Positions 23,341-34,900 of a stretch of 64,000 bases of DNA are shown piece by piece; within the stretch, counting starts at the first letter, position 1; each line of letters opens with the position of its first letter. The notes under the pieces were generated by a model. That model had not been told where the DNA came from and did not search any database. It worked only from the letters and a program-made list of their open reading frames with translations. The DNA is from Haliotis cracherodii. Taxonomy: Eukaryota. The stretch is from assembly GCF_022045235.1 (NCBI RefSeq), contig NW_027266308.1, forward strand, positions 63,240,001 through 63,304,000. The letters run 5' to 3'. A program made the translations under genes and the position numbers.

Positions 23341-26171
23341 ATGGTGAGTTTCTGTAAATATGATCCATTATTTCAGTTACAGTAATTACAGATCGTGGTG
23401 AAACCTTTACATATGTCAATTTCAGTGTGTTCTGGACATATGTTCCACGTTATATGCGCTGATTCGTTTGGAAGCACGACGTTAATCGACCATCATATTC
23501 ATCAAATCTTGCAGAAGGCCTAGATCACCCAGTGAATCAAATACTCTACCCATATTACAAACAATTTTTTTTTATATCTGGTGGATAAAATGGTTCCCAC
23601 TGTCTCAGTATCATGGTTGTAGACATTTATACACGTTTGGTCCACATGTAACACTGTCTGTCTCTTGTCACTTTTTTGTATAAATTATGTAGCCTAAACA
23701 ATATTGGACTCAAGCAACTTGTAATGAATATTAAAATTTAGATCACGAAAAATCAATAACGAGGGTTATGCTCCTGCACCAATCAATATTGTTGGTAATG
23801 TTTCTATAAATAAATGGTGACTTATTTTGATGACCATTACAAGCGTAAATCAAACTTTCCGCAGTCATGTTTTGTGGATGTGTACATCTGTCTGTTGTAC
23901 ATTGACTCCTTCAGCTTAACTCATAGTGATGTATAAACAAAATGAACCAATATCACTTTATGCTTATGGAAATTTAGAACTGAACACTTCATGCTGGCAT
24001 CACAGGAAGGTCTGAAAGCTCTGAAAAAGATAATGTACTGTTGCAAGGTGTGAAGCCATCCTACAGATACATCGTACCTTGTAATCTTAGGCATGGAGTT
24101 AAGTCTCTATGGTGATGTGAACAAGGTGTCACGCCTCAGATACAAAATATCCAAGGTTTGATTCTCAGCATGCGAAACATTATGGCTGCTTCATTACATT
24201 GAACTTCTGTATGAATATTATTGATCTTTAGCATTAGTCAATTTGAATTCCAAACATAATTCCAAACATTTTCTGTTTTCCTCCACAGATCAGGTTTATT
24301 TTGATCCAGAACAGGGCAGGTAAAACCCGCTTGGCAAAGTGGTACATGCACTTTGATGATGATGAAAAACAGAAGCTTATAGAAGAAGTCCATGCTGTGG
24401 TCACTGTGCGAGATGCAAAGCACACAAATTTTGTAGAGGTGAGTCAAGATTTTGGACATATTTGCTGCCACAGCAACACTTTCAATTTCTATTTGTTTCC
24501 TTTACATATCCATCTGATGATGTTTTATAAACATACGGGCAAGAGGAAAAAATTCATCCAGCATGTATACAGAGTACTCTACACATGGTATAAAAATAAA
24601 AACATATGTTGAAATTTATCTGATAACCTTGATTTCCATAGTAAGGATAGTTATTTGGCACGGTATTTTTATTATAAAATTGTCCACAAGATAAGGAGTC
24701 AAACAGGTTATCAGCATCACAACAGTTTAGACATTTTGATTATCTCCACTCACTGGTCACTAGTGCAACCTTGGAAAACATTTTACACTTGTATGTGACA
24801 AACGACATTCCAGTTTCACCTTAAACTGGACAAAGACGTAGTGTGATCTAGCATTTTGCAAAGGTACAAAGCTAAAATGTTGATGTGACTAACTGGTGTT
24901 TTTCTGTTTTCTAGTTTAGGAATTTCAAGATTGTGTACCGTCGCTATGCTGGCCTCTACTTCTGCATCTGTGTTGATGTCAGTGACAACAATCTGGCATG
25001 TTTGGAGGCCATCCACAACTTTGTAGAAGTTCTCAATGAGTTCTTCCACAATGTGTGTGAACTTGATCTAGTCTTTAATTTTTATAAAGTAAGTACATAC
25101 TAAATGTAAGTAGGATTTGGGTGGGGCAACTGATCACTGACAGTGTGATACATTAACTGATCACTGACAGTGTGATACATTATCATGATTACCTCCAACA
25201 CTTTCTCTTTTCCAAGTTTGCATGTGAGATAGATAGTTGAGATGTATATCTAAATATTATATAAAATTGTTATATTGTCCACAAGTAAGTATTGGATTTG
25301 TATTGGATCTTCTAAATTATTACCTATGTGGAAGGTTGATGGTCATTAATTATCAAAATTAAGCGCTTGTTCCAATAAGTGTCCCTTGACTAAATTCCAT
25401 TATGTAAGTTATCTTTATAATCGGAAACCTTGCAGTCCAGACAGTCTTGTTTGGAATGTCTCTGTATCTCTGATGTAACACTGCTCTGCATGCATGAGTT
25501 GTCCATCTGTAAGTGTGTTACAAGTTACATGAGGAATGGTACATTAACATGGTGTCACTGTATATTGTATATGTGCCAATACTTGTCATGTGATATTCTA
25601 GGCTATTCATGTGGTAGGGAAATTCCAGTAAATGTTATGAATTAAATATTGCAATCAGACCTTACAGGATATAATAATTCTCAGCAAAAAAGCGTTTTGT
25701 TCATTTAACATATTTCTTACATCACCATGTTCACATCATCAGCTCAGGTCAGCAGCATGGGTGACCCAGTCGTTTAAGGTGTACCAGTTCACTATGCAGA
25801 GATGTGTCCCTTGGGTGTGCAAGAAACCTATGATTTTTGGTTTGAATCCCATTTCGGTCCAATTAAGGTTTTCAGGTTTGCCAGCACCATACCCTTGCCC
25901 GTGGGTTTCACCAAAGTGGTAAACATCCGAGACCTGAATCAGTTCAGATTTTTCTCCCAGCTGGCATGCCGGGATATAACTGGAATACTGTTTAAAGCGG
26001 CGTTGACCCCAACTCACTCACTCATACCATCCATCATGTTCTAATTGAAATTTGATTTTGGTGTTTCAGGTGTACAGCGTTGTGGATGAGATGTTCTTAG
26101 CAGGAGAAATACGAGAGACGAGCCAGACGAAAGTGTTGAAGCAGCTGTTGATGTTGTCGTCACTAGAGTGA
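23341..26171 (+). CDS. AP2S1: AP-2 complex subunit sigma, 4 coding exons, 142 aa
   Basis: Exons: 23341-23343 (ATG only, followed by GTGAGT), 24289-24438, 24915-25088, 26070-26171 (TGA); 429 nt. Translation [72 protein letters not shown]...[45 protein letters not shown] is near-identical to sigma2 adaptin. Confidence 0.98.
25752..26024 (+). mobile_element. SINE family B copy (AP2S1 intron 3)
   Basis: Diverged full-length match. Confidence 0.85.
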
Positions 26172-26273
26172 ACAAATAGACTTGTGTATGTTAGGTACAA
26201 CATAGCCAATGTTATCAACTTGACTGTAGACTGCAGTACATCACTGTTGGTATATCACACTCTGTAGAAACAT

Positions 26274-27151
26274 GCAATCTCATTATTATCAGATCTTAGT
26301 GCTTGCTACCGCCACACGAAGATCTGAGGACATCCCATTACAGGTCATGTCAGAATGGGCTTTCATCCAACCAATCAGGTGTCTCTTACGAGATCGCAAA
26401 AGTAGGAGTCCAAATCTGTTTTCTAATCTTGCAACGTCAAAAAGTTTACTGGCTTTCCAAATGACAGTTACGTGCTGTACGACTGATTCCAAAATGCTGA
26501 CATCATCTGTCTCTCTCTTCGGTGTCATAAACATTTGAACTTGCAAGTACTGCCATATAGGGGGCACGGGTGTCCCAGTCCTCTAAGGCGCCGCGATTCA
26601 CTGTGCAGAGTTGCGTCCCTTGGGCGCGCCAGAAACCTATGATTGTGGGTTCGAATCCCGGTTCGCCCCGATTATCTTTCTAGGTTTGTCAGCACCATAC
26701 CCATGCTCGCAGGTTTCACCAAAGTGGTAAACGTCTGAGACCTGCATCACTTTGGGCTTTCCTCCCACATTAAGCAGACACGCCATGATATAACTGGAAT
26801 AATGTTAAAAGCGGCGTTAAACCCAACTCACTCACTCACTCACTACAGCCATATAGTCTGAGCCATCTGTTAGACATTCCAGAGTTTTCTTCTGTTTGGT
26901 TTTTAAAATTGGAATCGATAACTTTGTCCAAATATTTTTAATGAGTAGTTTGGACTTGAAGTCTCCATTTTGAAGCTGGTGCTGTGAAGCTCGAGAAAGC
27001 TGCTTTCTGACTGGCTAATGTAGACTTACTGTTAGTCATTTCATTGGTCAATTGGTGATAGGTCGCTCTGACATGACCTGTTATGGGATGTCCTCAGATC
27101 ATTTGTGTATTGGTAGCAAGCACTAAAACCTGATGATCTAAATGAGACTGA
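26274..27151. mobile_element. MITE with ~80-bp TIRs immediately downstream of the AP2S1 stop codon
   Basis: Left arm caatctcatt...gatctgaggacatcccattacaggtcatgtcaga matches the reverse complement of 27068-27150; flanking 8-bp direct repeat agaaacat (26266-26273 / 27152-27159). Confidence 0.85.
26560..26843 (+). mobile_element. SINE family B copy nested in a MITE
   Basis: Full length; TSD-like tactgccatata / tacagccatata. Confidence 0.9.
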
Positions 27152-27987
27152 AGAAACATTTGGCACTCCCAGTAGGATGTTCCAGTCTTTTCATTTGCAT
27201 AACTATGTGTTTGTTACTGGTGTTAGGATTTGGTTAAAGTCGCCAAGTCGATCATGAGTTCATTATAATCGAATATGTAATTCTTACTTCCAGTAGTCTA
27301 TGGTCATCATACAATCTTTGTTGCAATAGAATCAGGAAGGTGATATGGCCATCAGCCTGTCTGCCCCCTTGCTCTGTATCTACAAGAGTCTGTTTTATGT
27401 TTGTGTGTCTTGAAAAGCTGTATTGAAGTCGGCAGTATGGGATGTAAGGATGTTTTGTCATGTAATAGGACAATATCTTTGGAATATGATTACAAAAACT
27501 TGTAGTTCCCAACCAAACCTTTGATATTAATGTAGATCATCACACATTACTGACAGAATGACGAGTAGACAGGTATTTGTATATATTATAAGTGGGGAAT
27601 CGTTTCTTGTTCTGTTGGTATGTTTCATACACAACAGTGATGCACCATGTCCCTGCATCAACAATGTAGTTTTACATAGCTGTAATTATCAGGGAAACAT
27701 TACGCCTTCACCTGAATGCTACCGACTCATATTAAATGTGTAATTATTATTTGGGTTGAGAAAATGTTTCTCCCTGAGTTATAGTGTATTATTATGCTTT
27801 TTGTTTGAAAAGCAGCCAGAAAATCATTGCTTTCTTCAAAGACAAGTGCAAAATTGTGGATCTGTGTGTGTTGAAGTGAGGTGTTTTTGTAAACCTCTTG
27901 AATGTGTTTTTGTTCAGTGATGCAACTCATTACACTCCTGTTATTTTACTGAATACTGACTTTGTTAAGTTATATCTGTTCAAAGGC

Positions 27988-28290
27988 CATCTTCTTGAGG
28001 CAAGGGAATTAACTATTTTTTTTAAAGTCATGTTTCGACCCTTGCCATAGCAGGCTGGAATTTCTGGGCTCGTTTGTAGCGCCACCAGTGGCTGTAATAC
28101 GAGTTTTGTCCCCACAACTGACACTCAGAATTTGGAAGATATCTGTTGACACCTAGTTGATGGTACACATGCTCTGCAATGCATTGACTCGTTAGTCCAG
28201 CAGAAATTTAACTCCATAATTCCAGCCAAGTATGTCAAAGGTGGAAACTGGACTTTAAAAGTCAGTTAACTCCTTTGCATCGGGAAGATG
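27988..28290. mobile_element. MITE with ~70-bp TIRs
   Basis: catcttc..gaggcaagggaattaact...ggctggaatt and its inverse; longer relative at 59589-60065. Confidence 0.8.
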
Positions 28291-28714
28291 TACGAAGGCT
28301 TGTCCAACCAATCATGTATCAGTCAAATACTGTCATAATACAATATGTGTAATGTACACAAGATTGAGGTTACAACAGATTTCAAATTTTGAAAACATCA
28401 AATATTCACATGTAAATATTGTCATTTTGTGAGTAGATAATATGAAGTGGATTCGGTATCATTCCAGGTACAAAGCACTGTTTGAATTGATGTCTGTATT
28501 ATGATTTTGACTCAAGAATGGCTGTGTAGCTTAGCATGTGCTAGTACCATTATCATGAGCAAGTTGTTCCTCTTTAATTCAAAATCACTGCACAAAGAAA
28601 TTCAGTATATCTTTAGAAGAAATGTATTTCATATGTATGCTAGGATCAGAAAACTGCTATACACCCATGTATTCATAGTGATTGTGACTTGTGTATCAAT
28701 GTGCAATGTTAACT

Positions 28715-28720
28715 ATTAAA
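28715..28720 (+). terminator. Candidate poly(A) signal (ATTAAA) for AP2S1
   Basis: ATTAAA followed by GT-rich sequence (cttgtctgtgtctt); implies a ~2.5 kb 3' UTR. Confidence 0.4.
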
Positions 28721-28950
28721 ATAATTGAATCTTGTCTGTGTCTTAATGTGAGAATTTGAATGAAAATGTAATGAAGGTGACATATTCTTGCTAATTCTGT
28801 GAACAGGTCTCGGAGACATCCGTAAAATAATCATCCCTGTTTGGCCTTGAAATTGTGAGAAAAATGGTTCTTTCCTTTCAGAGGAAAGCTAATCCATTTT
28901 ATAATTCCTGCTGTTAGAATTCATAAGACAAACAATTTCAAATATGATAT

Positions 28951-28956
28951 TTTATT
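28951..28956 (-). terminator. Candidate poly(A) signal (AATAAA) for ARHGAP11A
   Basis: TTTATT on + at the end of a repeat-poor, AT-rich ~3 kb stretch downstream of the ARHGAP11A stop codon. Confidence 0.4.
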
Positions 28957-31950
28957 GCATATATTCATACAAAGATTGCAGTCCAAACTGAGATGTTGAG
29001 ATACGGATGGCTAGAGGATGGACAGGGTAGGAAAAGATGCAAAGATGAAAGTGCCACTGTCTTGTCCATGTGACATTATGCTAAACTGAAACGAGAATCA
29101 AACCGGTGGGTTGGACTTAAACTGTATGCTCAAGTACAGATGCAAGTAGGACTTGGCTGCTGTATCACCTAAGTATTGCAGGTAACAACAGTAAATGGAA
29201 CTTGCATTTTAATCTCAATTAGGCCAGGAGAAGTTGAGTTTTTCTAGACCAATAAGCAATGATAGAGTGCACATGGAAAATAAGTGTCAGGTTGATTACA
29301 AATAAAGAGGAATTTGATAAATTCAGGACATCAAGTTTCAAATGTTGGTTAATAAGAAGGGCTTTTTGTTGTTTGTTTGAACAAAAAAAATTGAACTCAG
29401 AGATAATTAATCAACAAAAAAATAGGGTTTGACATGTTTTGACCTAAGCATATCAGGTAAGCTAATCTATAAAACATGATCTGGTCTTAATGAAATACAA
29501 AAATAGTTAATTTTTGTGTAGTGAAGTTGCGAATCAGATTATGTTTCACAGTAGTTACATGAATATCATGACAATTTTTCTTTTTGTTCTATCTCTAGTT
29601 GATATCATACATGGATTTGATCCAAATAATATAGGCCACCAACATAAATAATAAACATGACTAATAAAGTTTATCTACCTCTAACTTAGATACATGGATA
29701 TAATAAATGTTCAACAAAATAATTGTAATATCACAACACCAGGAGGACAAAATCTCGACTAAACATGGTACAAGAGCAGCATTCTGACAAGTGTATGTTG
29801 CAGCAACAGGCATACCTCTGGCAGCATCCAGTGTACGAGAAAGATGTAAACTATACATTATATACTACATAAGGCATTATTTCCATAAGCTACTGCCAGT
29901 AAACATATGATGGCAAAACATTGCTTTTGTGTCAAAAGAATATAATTCAGTGTGGACATTCAGCATTCTTGGAAATAATACATACTTGCTGCTAACTGTC
30001 TTTGGTTGACAACAGACAACCCCGAAAGGAATGATTATGTCATCAGATAGTTATGCGGATAGCCCCCAACATACACTTTGCATAATACTCAGTCTGTATA
30101 CGTACTATAACAGTATATGATGATATATGTATGCTTTGCTCTACAGTTTCAAGATATACATATATGGTTCTACTTTGTATAATCTGTACACTGGTATATG
30201 TGCATGACTGGTATTTGCACACAAATGTTTTAATACATATTTGGTTTTACTATTGATATGAAGCAAATCACAACAGTTTTTGATTGGTCAACAGATGTAT
30301 TCATGTCTGTGTAAACATGTAATCAAGAACTATGAGCAATAAGTCGGAAATGTTGGCAATAGGTGCATCATACACTTCATTTTACACAATTGAGAAATGA
30401 AATCAATTTGTCAAAAATGGTAAAATGGTAAAACAGATTTAAAAAACGCCTATATAATACAATTACTTACAATAAAAACCGTTTGAGCAATTTGTTGGCA
30501 AAATTCAGTAATACATACTGAGGCCTTAAAGGTAAACTGCATTCATGACTTGATTTGCTATGAGACCTTTTTGTTAACTTTGTATAAAGGTTGCAAAGAC
30601 AGCCAAGTTCTATAACATGAATAAAGAAGATATTTGATATCGCTGTTGAGAAAAAAAAAAGAAATAACGATGACCTCAAACCTTGAATAATAATACAGCA
30701 TGCTTTGATTTATCAATGAAGAAAAATGAACCTTTAGATTATAGGATGTAAACAAATACTGTTTAAAATGACAGTTTACAAAAACCCAAACATGAAATAT
30801 ACTACTCAAAAGAACACCCGATTTTTTCATACAACTATAGTTAATAAGTCCTATCCAATCAAACAAGCCATGTTCAACATGTTAGTTGTTCAACACTGTT
30901 ACTATGCAGTGTTCAAAGTCAAGGGGGCCCGGGTATCATTAGGATCTGGGGACTCCTTAATCTTTGACAATGGGTACATCACCAGAAACCCATGACTTGC
31001 TTTATTTCGAACACAGCCATAGCTACTGTATCCCCCCGTAGTTCCAGTGATGTTTCTTTAATGTAATACTGCAGAGAACCACTGATAACTTCAATCCTAT
31101 ACAACACATTTCATTCTTTTATTTTCTTTCAACCAAATATTCATCTATATCATTTTTCATTTCATATGAGAGATAAGCTGTCTGTTGACTTCTGATTATC
31201 ATGAACATTGTAACATATAAATCAATAAATATTAGATCAACTTTATACTCCTCTGTACAGATAACAAGAATCCTTAAGCATCTTCCAAAAGCATATTTAC
31301 ATGTTCAGAGGATAAAACTGGTTGTCAAAGAAAACATTTATAGATTTATAAAATTGTATTCCTTGATCACTTGATCCCACCAGTGAGGTTTAACAAGATT
31401 TGCACATTGCACATGGATTAAAACTATGGACACAACAAACACAATAGAACAAGAAGCTGCCATATGTGGGTATGGCAGTGTAAGCACTAATCATTGATAC
31501 AGGAGACCCACAAGGGAAGGAAGCAGGAAGCATGTTGTGGAGGAATAGGGAGCAGACGAAAATAATGCCCATCAATAACTTGTTCAGAAATCACATTTAA
31601 GATTGTTAATGTTAAAATAACAAATTCCCCGATTCAGTAAACTCCAGACACTAAAGACCTCATGACCATCAAAAGCAGTTTATCATCTATTTCAATCAGA
31701 GGTGTTTTCTGTGATTTGAAACCTAAGAATGACCAATCAGAATTGAGTATTTCCAAAACTATTGGCACAACCACACTTGTGTCCACTCAAAGGATATGAG
31801 ACATTGGTGTGTTATAGATGACTGTTCGAGGACTGTACATATGACTTCATTATATTCAAAGCTGACTTTAATTGATACCCCGAGTTCAAGGAACAATTAA
31901 CCATTCTGAGATCTGTTCACTATTCCCCCAAAACAATATCTGCACCATTA

Positions 31951-34900
31951 TTACATAGCTTGAGCTGTGTTATCAGGAAGCGATGTTGAAGACTGTTTGT
32001 TTGGAGATCTCGAGTTCCTTAGTGTTTGTCCTGGAGAACTCAGTCTCTTCACAGGCTTGTTGGGCACAGTCTTTGAGGTGCTGCGTGAAGGCTGAGAAAA
32101 ACGCAGTACCTGACGTGGCGTCATCCCACTCGCAGTCCTGAGGACAACATGGTCCGTGATCTCCATAGGTTTCGTAGGGCTCGGACCACCCATATTGTTA
32201 CCACAGTCTTTCAAAGGTGATCTACTGCTGGTCTTCCGCTGTATCTTTGGAGTGCAGATGTCATTGATGGTGTCCAGCAAAGAACAGCTGAGGTCAACTT
32301 GCTGACCTTCAAATGAAACCCTACTCCCTACATCTGTTGTGATGTTGACACTGTCATCAGGGGAGGTAACTGACATGGAAACCTCAGATTTCGCTGTCAA
32401 GGTCTTCCCTGTGCTTACAGAAGCTGGATGTTTGAATATGTCAGTTTCGGAGTCGGTGAGCGTCGAGATGGAGGAAAGACTGCCATTCGTCACACATGAT
32501 TGGCTTGTCACATCACTTTTATTTGACAGCCTATCATCTGAAGCCAGTCTGCCCCTCTCTATGGCTGCTTGGGCCATGTCTCGATATCGTGCAGACATGT
32601 CATTGTTCTTTGCAAATATTGTTGGTATCCTGACCGGGGACATGCCTCTTTGCTTTGGAGCACACATGGGACCAGTCAATAACTGTTTCTCCACAACATC
32701 AGTAAACTGCTTCACATTCTCTGCAACCTTTCCAGCATTTGACACATGCATTTGTGTAACACTTTCATGCTTTGGAAGTGGCATCTCGGCTCGTTTTATC
32801 TGAGGCAGCATTGTGTGTCCTTCTGGCAAAAGTTCCATTTTTTGCATGCCTGGTTGTATTCTTCCATTGTTTGAAATACCAGATATTTCACAGGACTGCG
32901 GTCTGCTAGACGTTTCACTGACATTGTGTCTCTTTGGTGTTTCACAATATGACCTTTGTGAAATGTCTTGTATTTCGTGAACGCTTTTGCTACACACCTG
33001 GCTTTCATCCAACATGGACTGATCAGCCAGAGTAGTATTTCTTCTAGACACATTAAATGAATGAGACCTCGGTGGTGACTTGACAGGGAGACGGAAATCT
33101 TTGCCACTTGGCTGTGGTGCTTTGTCAGGAAAGTAACCAGCTCGTGACAAGATTTTGTGAGTTTCGGCTGAGATTAGCAAGTTCGGTTTAATGTTGTGTT
33201 TGCGTGCCTCTTGGTGAGAATACATGCTCTGTGAACGTACAACTCCAGTTCGGGGTGGAAGAGCTAGCTGTTGTGCGGAATGGGACTTCTTTACTACTGG
33301 TTGGTGTGGGTGGGCCTGATCAGATGGTTTCGCTGTATCCGAATCCATGTATTCTGACTTCCTCATAATGGTTGTATCTAGAAGCATACTCTCATCAGCA
33401 ACAAAGGCAACGTCAAGAGAGTCCTTTGGCTCATGGGCTGGAGGCTGTATTAATGTTTCATCAAACAAAGATCCTTTCCCACTGTCAGTGGACAGACATC
33501 TTTCTAACTTGGAGGTGTTGCTCTCAACAGACATCTCAGATCCTGAGCTCAACAGACTATCTGAGCTGTTACTGGTCTGAAGACTCTTCTTAATGCTTTC
33601 TCTGGATGTCTGAGCAGACATTCGCCCCTGTCCTCTGTGGCTGCCCTGGGACTTATTGGACTGCAGGCTTGTTGAGGATGAGGACTGTTTGGGAATGTAG
33701 ATGACAGTATCACCTGATATTGTCGAGAAACCTGCCTCAGACTCATCTGAGTCATACCCCGTCTGCTGTATTGTGTCATTAAAGCCATCAGGAGGGGGAA
33801 GGACTACATTCATCAGGCTACTGTTCTGGTTCGGGGCAGAGAGAGGAGGTAAAGGAGGAACCTTCTGTATCTTCTCCCCTTCCATCCTCTGCTTGGACTC
33901 TGTCCCATCACCAATTGCTGGTACAATTATAGGTATGGGACCACTGATGTCAGACTTGTCAAAACTTTTTCTCAACTTTTTCAACTGATTTTGCTGACCC
34001 TTTAATAAGCCGTTATGGATGGTGTTTGGCTGTCCTCGTCTGAGATTCATCCCTTCAGCAGAGAGCGACCTCTTATGTGAGTTGCCCTCTGTGTTCCTCC
34101 CCGCTACCACTGGATCAGACGCTGATGCATGGACAGGCCTATACAGGCTGTGAGATCGCTGCAATCCAGACCCAGCATCGGTGTGATCCAGATCAAGATG
34201 AGATTCATTAATGAATCCTTCATTTAGTGTCTGCTTGATGTCCATATGCGAGACAACAGAGGCGTCAGGCATGTAGGTAGTACTCTGAGCCAGTGCCGAG
34301 ATGGGAGAGTCGGATTCGGACTGACTTCTCCTCATAGATGTTGCGTCCATGGCTTCATCTTTTTTGGTGGGACTGGCCAGACGCTCACCGATATGCAAGG
34401 AGGAGTCGGATGCAGATGACTGCGGGGAAAAAGGAGATTTATTTAACATCTTCATCTAATCTTTTAATTATCTCAGCATTAAAACTATCCTAAATCATAC
34501 ACTTCAGCAAAACTTCACATTGGTCAAACAGGCTTAATGCAACTGGACTATTATCTTTCCAAGAAAAACAGAATACAATGTAAATATATTAAAGTACATT
34601 AACATACAGTAGATGTATATGAACACGATCAAGTGGTCAAATAATTGACAAACACAAAAATCGTTTGACAGAGTAGATGACAGTTTAAGCAATCTACACA
34701 CCTTATCAGCCTTGCTGCCACTAAGTCTTCTGAAGATGTTCTTTCCCCGTCCGCTCTTCTTGGTAGATCCAGTCGAAATATTGGAGAATGATGGGCTCCT
34801 AAAAACAGATGCTTAATGGTTTAATATAGTCAACTTCAGTTCGTATAATATTTAATTGGCCAAAGTGGACGTTCACAATCTTTTGCTGTTTAAATGTGCC

